64,000 nucleotides of DNA, taken from the NCBI RefSeq assembly GCF_964188315.1, contig NC_135661.1:60140001-60204000 (forward strand), in the 5' to 3' direction. The DNA comes from Podarcis muralis. Its lineage: Eukaryota. The notes beneath the pieces are model-generated. The model saw nothing but the letters and a program-made list of their open reading frames with translations. It made no database searches and was not told the origin of the DNA. Position 1 is the stretch's first letter, and each line of letters opens with the position of its first letter. This document shows positions 37,225 to 47,089 of the stretch, piece after piece. A program made the position numbers and the translations under genes.

Positions 37225-37670
37225 GGATTTCCCAGTAATGATGTATGGAAGTAAAAGCTGGACCATAAAGAAGGCTGATCGCCGAAGAATTGATGCTTTT
37301 GAATTATGGTGCTGAAGGAGACTCTTGAGAGTCCCATGGACTGCAAGAAGATCAAACCTATCCATTCTTAAGGAAATCAGCCCTGAGTGCTCACTGGAAG
37401 GACAGATCCTGAAGCTGAGGCTCCAATACTTTGGCCACCTCATGAGAAGAGAAGACTCCCTGGAAAAGACCCTGATGTTGGGAAAGATGGAGGGCACAAG
37501 GAGAAGGGGACGACAGAGGACGAGATGGTTGGATAGTGTTCTCGAAGCTACCAGCATGAGTTTGACCAAACTCCGGGAGGCAGTGGAAGACAGAAGTGCC
37601 TGGCGTGCTCTGGTCCATGGGTTCACGAAGAGTCGGACACGACTAAACGACTAAACAACAACAACAACAA
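37225..37670 (+). mobile_element. RTE-BovB LINE 3' end, 5'-truncated
   Basis: FPVMMYGSKSWTIKKADRRRIDAFELWC*RRLLRVPWTARRSNLSILKEISPECSLEGQILKLRLQYFGHLMRREDSLEKTLMLGKMEG; tail gagtcggacacgactaaacgactaaa(caa)n; possible 7-bp TSD aacatat. Confidence 0.95.
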
Positions 37671-37789
37671 CATATATTCTGCCTCTCTTCCATCATGGAA
37701 CTTAAGGTGACTTAAGTGTGGTACCCAGGCTGACACCCATCCAGGAACTCATTAGATTGAGTCCTGCTTTGCTTTAGCAAGGTAATGGC

Positions 37790-37870
37790 TTCAGCTCCCA
37801 TCATCCCTGACCACTGGCCAAGCAGGTTGAGGCTGATGGGAGTTGGAGTCCAACAATTCCTGGGCTCCCA
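37790..37870. mobile_element. Palindromic hAT MITE core (degraded)
   Basis: cagctcccatcatccctgaccactgg...tgatgggagttggagtccaaca matches the core of 27137. Confidence 0.55.
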
Positions 37871-38704
37871 ACCCCTGCTTTGCCACACCTGAGGGCCGGG
37901 ATCCCTTGCCTAATTGGCCGACAATGGCTCCCAAAGATTTCCAGTTTCCAGTTTCTCAACATCTCAACTCTTTTTTCTTGTTATTTTTTGCTTTCAGCCC
38001 AGATCTGACAAATGACCTCAAACCGATTGAGAGAGTGAGAAATTATGAGTTGGGGCTTTTCAGGGTTGTCAAAAGAGACATGCCCACATCTGTCATGGCT
38101 ATAGAGAGAGGAAAGTACAGCTTTTAAAAATGGCCTTAAAATGAGCTGGGAATTGGGGAGGAAGTCACTGTGGGAGTGGAGAGCTCTGGCAGGCCTGTCG
38201 CCAAAGTACCCGGATGGCTGAGACGTCGGCTGAAATTAACGAGAGCCCAGAGATTTATGAGCCCTGCGGAAGCCCCAAATTGGACATTTATTCTGAAGGC
38301 TAAAGCAAATGTGGCAGCGGAATCGGCAGCAACTAAAAGCAGATCAAAGAGCTCCAAGAAAGGGGGGGGGGGAGAGAAGGGAGGGGAGGCAGACCAGGAG
38401 CTCATGCCAAGAGCTGGATTTCTAGGAGGAGAAAGGTCTAGGACTAGGAATGCCTGGGGGGTCCTGGGAAGCATCAAGTCCTGGTTGCATCAAGTCTCTT
38501 CCCACCCACCTGCTCCCTTTGTCATTTGTCAGATGCTTCTCAACTAGAGAGATCACTCAGTCAAAGGAACCTTACCTGATTAATCAGAAGAGTTTGAGTC
38601 CTTACATAAGTGATTAAATTTGCATAAATTTGCAGAGGAGTAAAAGAAAAAGTGTTATGACCTAAGAAGTACATGTCCTTTGGTGCATGTGCCTGCATTG
38701 CAGT

Positions 38705-38982
38705 CAGGGCCGGATTCAGGTTTGATGAGGCCCTAAGCTACTGAAGGTAATGGGGCCCTTTATATGTCCAGCTGTCCTTTGTCAACAAATAATATATGCT
38801 ATATGGTAATTTGTGGACCTACACAACTCAAAACACTGTTGCTGTATGTAGGTTTTATTTGTTTTTTCTCTTATATTTTGGAAATGTACATCCAGTCCCC
38901 CCCCTTTAATTTTTTTTGGGACCCCCAACAGAGTGGGGCCCTAAGCTATAGCTTGTTTAGCTTATACGTAAATCTGGCACTG
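38705..38982. mobile_element. Non-autonomous hAT DNA transposon, complete
   Basis: TIRs CAGGGCCGGATT / AATCTGGCACTG; 8-bp TSD ATTGCAGT / GTTGCAGT (7/8); subterminal ggccctaagcta repeated near both ends. Confidence 0.85.
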
Positions 38983-39372
38983 GTTGCAGTAGACCTTAGA
39001 ATGGGGTAAGTGGGGGTGGGGGGAGGGATCAGGCAGGCCTCCTCACATGTTTTGGCCAAGCCACCTCCACTGTCCAACCCACCCTATAACCAAGGACTGG
39101 AGAATCAAGCAGGCCAGATTCCTCCACTGTCATCTGGAACAGCCATTCCAGCAATGGGGAAAAGGCACCTCATGCCCCTGAACTGTGCCAGATGGTAATT
39201 AGAACAACTGTGTAGAAATTGGTGCCTGAGTTTTGGTTTTCCTCTTCCCTCCTGGTCCCTTTCCCCTTGTGTGTTGCGTTTTTTAGATTGTAAGCATGTG
39301 GATAGGAAATGTCTTGTTTTTGATCATATGCAAACTGCTCTAGAAGCCTTTTTGACTGAAGAGAAGGGCTCA

Positions 39373-39378
<6 letters not shown>

Positions 39379-39410
<32 letters not shown>
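39379..39410. repeat. (CT)n microsatellite
   Basis: Direct read. Confidence 0.92.
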
Positions 39411-39415
<5 letters not shown>

Positions 39416-39701
39416 CTTTTCCCAATCTCTACATTTCCACATCAGTCTGCAATATAGTTTGTTAAAGTCCTCATGAAAATTCATCAGTATTATAGTGTGA
39501 ATTTCTCCCCAGCACTTATTTTTGTATTCAGTTTTGCTTACACATTTAGACAAATCAATTCCCCCTATTATAATACGATTCTGTATCTTATTTTCACTAA
39601 AATATGCATTTTTATGTACACTTTCCCCATATATGTGTGTTTTCATACGCATTAGTTAGTTGGGGAACTCCCTAGCAAAATTCTTATAAGTGTGAATTTC
39701 A

Positions 39702-40728
39702 TTTTTTTTAAAAAAAATATTTTTTATTGCTTTGTTTTCCAGGGTCAAAGTACAACGTCAATGCATCGTCGATAACACAACAAAAGCTTTTTTTTACAAA
39801 ATGAAAAAAAACAAAAAAGAATACACTTTTCCAAATCTTTTTTTTTTCATCATCAACTGGACTTCCCCGCATCCTCCATCCCTGCATTCCTTACAATAAA
39901 AATCAACAGCAAATTAATACCTTGTTTCATGTGTTTTTGTATTTTCATCTAAAATATTTACTCTAAAAGTTAAGCTTTTCTCAGTCATAACTTAGTTTCA
40001 TTCATTTCCGAATCTCAATACTGAAGCATGTTTTTCTCAAGACTTAGCAAATTCTCAACATTCATATAACTTAAAATGTTTTTGTAAATAGTCCTTAAAT
40101 TTTTTCCAGTCCTCTTCCACTGCCTCTTCTCCCAGGTCTCGGATTCTGCCAGTCATTTCAGCCAATTCCATGTAGTCCATCAGTTGCGTGTGCCACTCTT
40201 CCAGTGTGGGTAACTCCTGTGCCTTCCAGTATTTGGCTATAAGGATTCTTGCTGCTGTAGTTGCATATAAAAAGAAAGTTCTATCTTTCTTTAGCACTCT
40301 CTGGCCCACAATGCCCAGGAGGAAGGCTTCTGGTTTCTTATGAAAGGTATACTTAAATACCTTTTTCAGCTCATTATAAATCATTTCCCAAAAAGCCTTC
40401 ACCCTCGGGCATGTCCACCAAAGGTGAAAGAATGTTCCTTCAGCCTCCTTACATTTCCAACATTTATTGTCAGACAAATGATATATCTTTGCAAGTTTGA
40501 CTGGGGTCATGTACCACCTGTACATCATTTTCATAATGTTTTCTTTCAAGGCACTACATGCCGTAAATTTCATACCGGTGGTCCATAACCTTTCCCAGTC
40601 TTCAAACATAATGTTGTACCCAATATCTTGCGCCCATTTTATCATGGCTGATTTAACTGTCTCGTCTTGAGTATTCCATTTAAGCAACAAGTTATACATT
40701 CTTGAAAGCACTTTCATCTTAGGTTCAA
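39702..40728 (-). mobile_element. Young 5'-truncated L1-clade LINE
   Basis: Perfect 17-bp TSD TATAAGTGTGAATTTCA (39685-39701, 40729-40745); T-rich (poly-A) end at 39702; stop-free ORF2 C-terminus with CCHC knuckle CWKCKEAEGTFFHLWWTC. Confidence 0.95.
40055..40728 (-). pseudogene. L1 ORF2 C-terminal (cysteine-rich) remnant
   Basis: About 224 open codons, EPKMKVLSRMYNLLL...AARILIAKYWK...YLQKHFKLYEC*. No EN/RT and no promoter because the element is 5'-truncated. Confidence 0.92.
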
Positions 40729-41294
40729 TATAAGTGTGAATTTCAAAGGATGGCTGCATTTCGGGTCACGTGTTGTTTCAGGAAGTGTGACTTAGATAAG
40801 TTTGCCAATAAATGAGAACTGAACCAAATCCCCCATCCCTACCTACACCTATTATAATACATGATTTTAGGGATGGGGCAGGTAAAGATGCAGCTGGGTG
40901 GATCCAGGAGGACCCCCAAACTACAGACAATGGGTTGAATCCAATGCTAGCCCTTCTCAGAGTAGACACACACATGTGTGAATGCCATGGCAGTTTACTT
41001 CACCATGTGAACCTGCTCCCACTTGGGGTCAGATTAAATACTTGACAGATATGGCTGAATTCTGTCCACCGCACACCTACACATGAGCAGCACATATGAA
41101 ATGGCATACCAGCAAAGAGTTTTAAAAATAAATAAAAGTTTAAGTTCCCTCTAAAGCAGTACTCAGCCCCTTCTTCATTAGAGCTAAGTGGAAATTTTCC
41201 ACTTTCTCAAAATTAAAGGGAATGTTATGTAGGGCTGAGGCTCCCTGAGCAAAGAGCCAGTCAGATTAATCAACAGAAACCAGACATGCAGAAT

Positions 41295-41295
<1 letters not shown>

Positions 41296-41371
<76 letters not shown>
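41296..41371. repeat. Compound (CA)n(GA)n microsatellite
   Basis: Direct read. Confidence 0.95.
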
Positions 41372-41373
<2 letters not shown>

Positions 41374-42473
41374 TTCTGCTCAAGACAATTGACGGCTGCC
41401 CTCCCTTCCTCTCCAGAAACATCCTTCCCTCTTGCATCCTGATAAACAAGGGCTTCTTCTCTCCTTGTTCCCCAAGTTTATTAAGCTCTCAGCCACTCAC
41501 CACTGCACCTCCCCTTCCTATGACCTCTAACAATGATAATGACTCTGCTGGTGATGTGCAAACATGTCTTTTGACTCTCCTGCTTGATTGATAAGGAGAC
41601 ACAAGCCTCCTCCATCCCAATGCAGCTACAGTGAGAGCTTCTCTGCCCTGGCTCAGTGGGTTTGCTTTGCTCCTTATTTGAAATCTTGATTTTAAAACTG
41701 CAAGGCCTTTTTTTTTTTAAAAAAAAAAAATCCTCTGTATGGGATCTTGGGTTTCCAGGAGACCGGACATGAAAAAACCAACTCCTGAGACCCATCTCAT
41801 ATTGGCCACCCATCTGGACTCTCCCTGGGATAAATCTACAACAGGGAAGTGTGGCTTTCATTGCAAAGCTATGTTGTGTCTGTATCCAGAAGGTCATTGG
41901 TCCAAATTCAGAAGGCCAACTGGTACTCATATTTTGGTATACAGCACATACGGATGGGTAGCATTCTGCCTCAGTTCCCAAGGATCTATCCATCCATCCA
42001 CTTTATGCAACCAACAGAATCAAACCGTGAAGTTTCCCCCCCACCTTAAACTCAACTAGCGGTTGGTGTTCTGCACATTTGCCCCCTTTCTATGGACAAA
42101 CAGCACCCCTGCACACAGAAAACTAGTATGTCACAGAGAAGGTGAGAAGTCTGGGGCGCCAGTTTTCTAATACATAGAGTTTTATCAGGGGTGGGGGGAG
42201 GGCAGGCAGTGTTTAAAAATGTAAGAGCCCTTCCCAAGTGCATGAAGTGGTAGTAAATTCCATACCATGGAGAAATCTCTCATGTGAACAAGCCACAAAA
42301 GGGGCAAGGATAAGCACATTGGGTTAGCCAGGTGGTAGAAAAGAGAATCGGGGGGAATGTTGGCATTTTTGGAGAGTAGAAACTTCCATCCCATTCAATA
42401 TCATTAGTTTCAGCCTGAAGTCAAACTGGAGACCATTCAGCACAACTCCAGTTGGTAAACCAGTCAGCAACTA

Positions 42474-42915
42474 AGGCCTCATCTGCACTACACATTTAAA
42501 GCAGCATCATACCATTTTAAGCAGGCATGGCTGCCCCTGAAGAATCCCAGGAACAGTGGCAGATGTTGGGCTCTCAAATTTCAGTGGCACCCTGTATTGT
42601 TAGGACACCTCTATCCTCTTCCCAGAGTTCTCAGAGTGGTTTAATGATCATTTTAGGTCTGGAAGGAGAGTAGGCTAACAGCTGTTAGAACCCTTAACAT
42701 GCTACAGTTCTTAGAATTTGGGTGGTGGTGGGGTGGAACCAGGCTAGTTGGAAGTGGCAGACAGCCTGGATAGCTCAGTTGGTTAAAGCGTGGTGTTGAG
42801 AAAACCAGCGTTGCAGATTCAATCTGCATATGGGACAGTTGCGTATTCCTCAGTGTCCCTTCCAACTCTGTGATTCTAAGCTACTGCTTTGAATGTGTAA
42901 TGCAGATGGGAGCCC
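42474..42915. mobile_element. Palindromic MITE (degraded), hosting a SINE
   Basis: Inverted ends catctgcactacacatttaaagcag / ctgctttgaatgtgtaatgcagatg; internal cccctgaagaatcccaggaac resembles 58170-58265. Confidence 0.6.
42764..42878 (+). mobile_element. tRNA(Ile)-like SINE with CR1 tail (internally deleted)
   Basis: ggatagctcagttggttaaagcgtggtgttgagaaaaccagcgttgcagattcaatc head, then gtcccttccaactctgtgattcta CR1 terminus. Confidence 0.65.
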
Positions 42916-44014
42916 AGGCAAGCTTTGGTGGAATGAAAAAAGACTAAGGAAGGTCACACAGGGAGTTGGTGCCCCAGCCACCAGCAGAACCTCAGTGTCC
43001 TCTTCTGAAAGATGAGCTCTTGCAATTCCGCATTAATATATCAACCTTTTAAAATGTCAGCTGTTGTTTAGTCCTTATCTTTTGTTGGAACGGGGCGGCT
43101 CCTGATTGGAGGATCTGGATGATTTATTGGCTTGTCTCTGTCTGTATTATTGGAAAATGACAGGGCTACTCAGGTGTAACGTACTTGGTTAGACAACATT
43201 AATAGAGCCGTGTAGATGTTCTGGACCCAGAATCCTTAGCAACAGACTCCTGTCTTTCACTCTAAACTTCCCCCAGAAAAACAGAAGCATTTACTAAGTG
43301 AAAAAGTTTGTTTAGTATATGGAGGGAGGAGAGGAGGGCAAGGATGGCTTTTAGGCTTCTTTGGTTAAAACATCATGCTAGTGGAAATCGAACATTTGCA
43401 TTTGTAGCCCAAAGAGCCCAGAGCATGAACTGTGTGTAGGATGACCTCCAGTTGCAAAGCTTGTGTTCAGAGCTGGCTCTAGCTAGACTCCAGACACACA
43501 ACATCAACTGCCCTGTGATTTGTTGAAGCTGAATATCATTATTGTGATTTTACTCATGTCTCTTTTATTCACATGTCTCTACGTGACTTGTAAGCTGCCT
43601 TAAAATGATTTGTTCAAGTTAAAGTTGAACCACTCCCTTTCTCCCTCCCTCTCTGGATTTATTCTCAAAGTAACTTGTAAACTATTTATGCGATTTGATG
43701 CACTTATGATACTATTTTCCTTATGTAATTACTATGCTATTCTTCATCCTCCCAATTGTTCTATTCCACCATATTGATTTTGAGGAGGGGGACTTAAAAT
43801 GGGTCAGGAGGAGGATTTGTCTCCTAAAAGGAAGGATATATGCTGAAGGTCACACAACAAGGGAGTGGGTTGTCTCAGTGACCTTCTTTTTGGGTTTCCT
43901 TGAAGCCTCTGGCTGGTTGCACTTGAAATCTGGATGCTTGAGTGGGCAAGCTTTGGGCCTGATTCTGATTAGCTCTTCCCATGATCTTAGGTGCACAGTG
44001 ATGTGCCTGTTTAG

Positions 44015-44359
44015 TAAAGGTAAAGGTACCCCTGCCCGAAGGCCAGTCGTGTTCGACTCTAGGGTTGTGCGCCCATCTCACTTAAGAGGCCGGGGGCCAG
44101 CGTTGTCTGGAGACACTTCCGGGTCACGTGGCCAGTGTGACGACATTGCTCTGGCGAGCCTGCACCAGCGCAGCACATGGAAACGCCATTTACCTTCCCA
44201 CTATAAAGCGGTACCTATTTATCTACTTGCACTTAAGGGTGCTTTCGAACTGCTAGGTGGGCAGGAGCTGGGACCGAACGATTCAAACTGCCGACCATAT
44301 GATCGGCACTGCATCAGTCCTAGGCACTGTGGTTTTACCCACAGCGCCACCTGCGTCCC
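44015..44359 (-). mobile_element. Sauria SINE (Squam1), full-length
   Basis: (ACCTTT)n-type tail at 44015-44026, BovB-like 3' segment, tRNA-related head ending tgcgtccc; perfect 14-bp TSD ATGTGCCTGTTTAG (44001-14, 44360-73). Confidence 0.93.
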
Positions 44360-45639
44360 ATGTGCCTGTTTAGATTGGCTCCATTTATGGATTCTGTGTC
44401 CCAAGCAGTAACGTTTGAGTGTGAAAAAAGAACCCCCCCTCCCTTCATTGCAATCTCATTCCTGTTTTCCTGCCAGTACTGCGTCCTCTTGACTATTTTT
44501 CAGAAATGTTCTCTGCGCTCTGGCTAAATCCTTTTTATTGATTTCATTTCCTCTGGACTTCTGCTTTGAAGGTGAAGTGTAGCATTAGGAGGTAATGAGG
44601 AAGAGGAGAAAATGCAAGTATTTCTTCAGGAAGGGCTGCAATTCTAATCCCACTTTCCTGAATTCAGTGGGACTTATTTCTGAGTAGGCATGGTCAGAAT
44701 TGCAGCTTGAGCTGTTCCTAGGGATAGGCACATTTTTTGAGTTGGACACCTGCATCTCAAAACTGGGAGATGTGCAAATATTTTCAGTGATTACCTGCAT
44801 GTCATTTTCTGTTTATTTTGGGGAGTACAGAGTAGGGAGGCTCACATGGAGCTGCAAAATGAATCAAAATTCTCCCCCCTTCCATATCTGACGAAGCACA
44901 ATAATGGAGGGTGGTGTGTCCTTGTGCTCAGGAGGACAGTGGTGCTTCCTGTGATCTTCAAAGTGCACACACACAAAATCACTCCTATTTGATTCTGTCT
45001 ATGAAGTGTTGGAGGGTGTGGACTCATCTCAGAAGGACCTGGCTCCTTAAAGGCCTCTCTCCATTTGCCGTTTAGGGACTTCAATTGGGCAATGGGGAGA
45101 AATCATAATGCAATGCCCTCCTACTCAAAGTGTCTGGCTCCATTTTGACATGGAGTAGGACTTGGCCCACTTCTCATGCTCCCCTTCTCCTGTACTTCTT
45201 CCACAATCTATAAAAGGCTTACCTTGTGAATTTCCCACTGCTTGTTACTCACCACCCCACCCCTCCCAGTAATCCTCTTTTTGTAGTTCTGCCACCTAAT
45301 TAAAAGAGATCTGACTTGCCAATTAATCAACCATTTAAATTTGCATAAATTTGCATATGGGCAAAACAGTAGTACTGAAGCAAGAGGCGTCCCCTTTTGT
45401 GCTTTCAGATGATGCATGTCTGTGTCACAACTTTCCATAAGAGAGAAAAGGACAGCCTTTTATGACAAGGCGTGTCACCTGCAGTCTTACTTAAAACCAT
45501 TTTTAAAAGAATCTGCTGCCTGATTAATTGAGGGTGTGGGTTAGTTGGTTAAAAGTGTTTTAATGAAATTATCTTACTGATTAACTGATTAAATGTTGAA
45601 GTTTGTTGGGAATATGGGTGGGGGAGCGTACAAGTAACT

Positions 45640-46205
45640 GGAGAAAGTGAATAGAGAAAAGTTCTTCTCCCCCTCTCATAACACTAGAACTCCAATGAAG
45701 CTGAATGTTGGAAGATTTAGGTTAGGTAGAAGAAAGGACTTCTTCATGCAGCACATAGTTAAACTATGGAACTCACTCCCACAGGAGAGAGTGATGACCA
45801 CCAACTTGCATGGCTTTGAAGGAAGATTGGGCAAGTTCATAGAGGAGAAATCTACAGTATCAGAGCTACATGATGGCTCTGCTCTGCTTCCACCAGTGTT
45901 GGCCAAACTTGGGTCTCCAGCCTTTTTTGGACTACAACTCCCATGATCCCTAGCTAACAGGACCAGTGGTCAGGGATAATGGGAATTGTAGTCCCAAAAC
46001 AGCTGGAGACCCAAGTCTGGGAAACACTGGCTTCCACAGTTGGAGGCAGTAATGCTTCTGAATACCAGCTGCTGATAATCACAAGAGGGAACAGTGGCTG
46101 TTGTGCTCAGGTCCTGTTTACAGGCTTCCCATTGGGGCATCTGATTGGCCACTGTGAGAACAGGAAGCTGGACTAGAGGGACCATTGGCCTGATCTACTA
46201 TCATG
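45640..46205 (+). mobile_element. Old CR1 LINE 3' end with long 3' UTR, interrupted by a hAT MITE
   Basis: REKFFSPSHNTRT..KLNVGRFR...RKDFFMQHIVKLWNSLPQ...LHGFEGRLGKFIEE, then UTR ending gctggactagagggaccattggcctgatc. Confidence 0.85.
45894..46029. mobile_element. Palindromic hAT MITE, complete (136 bp)
   Basis: TIRs CAGTGTTGGCCAAACTTGGGTCTCCAGC / GCTGGAGACCCAAGTCTGGGAAACACTG; perfect 8-bp TSD GCTTCCAC (45886-93, 46030-37). Confidence 0.93.
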
Positions 46206-46574
46206 AACTGGAAGGACAACGGAAAGGAGGAAGAGGATCCTAGCGAATGGTGCAGTCACAACTGGGACCCACCAGGGGAAGACGGGGATGGGAAAGGAGA
46301 GCTTGGGGTTGCAAAAAGTACACATGGGATGATAGAGGATGGTGAGGGGATGGGGGCCAGAAGAGCAGGACCCCTCCTCAGAGCCAGAGAGGCCCCTGTC
46401 TCCACAAACAAGGCATAGGGAGCAGGGGGAGGTGCACTCTGGTAGGCTGAGGCAGGAAGGGCCCACAGCCCAGGTGAGGCTTGTTAGCTTGGGGAGGAGG
46501 TGTGAGATTTTTCAGCTGGAGTACGCTCAGAACAGGTGAGGGTCACATGACTCATCAAACCTGGATGCTGCAAT

Positions 46575-46700
46575 CAACATTCATCTGAAGGCAACCCTGT
46601 TCAGGGAAATTTTTAATGTTTGATGCCATATTGCGTTTTAATTTGTTGGAAGTCACCCAGAATGGCTGAGGTTTATTGTTGTTGTTATTATTATTATTAC
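46575..46700 (+). mobile_element. L2 extreme 3' end
   Basis: catctgaaggcaaccctgttcagggaaatttttaatgt...ttggaagtcacccagaatggctg plus (tta)n tail. Confidence 0.75.
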
Positions 46701-46941
46701 TGGTATAAAAAAAGAAGCTGAGTAAAGTTGCTGTGTCTGCTCAACAGCCCATGTTGCTGGACCTCAGCTTGGAAGAAGAGAAGAGTTTGGATTTGATATC
46801 CCGCTTTATCACTACCCTAAGGAGTCTCAAAGCGGCTAACATTCTCCTTTCCCTTCCTCCCCCACAACAAACACTCTGTGAGGTGAAAACAAAAAAAATT
46901 CCTTCCAGTAGCACCTTAAAGACCAACTAAGTTAGTTCTTG

Positions 46942-46979
46942 GTATGAGCTTTCGTGTGCATGCACACTTCTTCAGATAC
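46942..46979 (-). ncRNA. Minimal type I hammerhead ribozyme motif (mirror copy)
   Basis: Exact reverse complement of 47052-47089. Confidence 0.72.
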
Positions 46980-47051
46980 ACAAAAAAATTCCTTCCAGTA
47001 GCACCTTAAAGACCAACTAAGTTAGTTCTTGGTATGAGCTTTTTTTTATGT

Positions 47052-47089
47052 GTATCTGAAGAAGTGTGCATGCACACGAAAGCTCATAC
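47052..47089 (+). ncRNA. Minimal type I hammerhead ribozyme motif (short palindromic helix III)
   Basis: GUAU-CUGAAGA-A-[GUGUGCAUGCACAC helix II]-GAAA-GCU-C|AUAC. Helix I GUAU/AUAC, core CUGANGA and GAAA, helix III reduced to palindromic AGCU. Predicted cleavage after C47085. Activity untested. Confidence 0.72.

Larger units (their letters stand above)
39413..40840. repeat. Unclassified AT-rich dispersed repeat split by an L1 insertion
   Basis: Left part 39413-39701 and right part 40729-40840 rejoin at the duplicated site tataagtgtgaatttca; ends cccccatccct. Confidence 0.75.

Noticed and set aside
38136-38547. Overlapping 113- and 125-aa ORFs
   Set aside because: No recognisable domain or convincing splice boundaries; consistent with chance in GC-richer DNA.
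40729-40759. Start of the 234-aa ORF 40055..40759 as a real gene
   Set aside because: The first ~10 codons come from the TSD and host flank outside the L1 boundary (40728); the rest is truncated L1 ORF2.
42764-42830. tRNA genes (here and at 6083, 28694, 33303, 34960-35029, 49260-49325, 57664, 58715, 60240-60290, 62310-62387)
   Set aside because: All are decayed SINE heads with broken stems, mostly followed by SINE bodies or CR1 tails; none forms a complete cloverleaf.
43734-44411. 225-aa plus-strand ORF
   Set aside because: About half of it is antisense read-through of the Sauria SINE (44015-44359); no recognisable protein motif.
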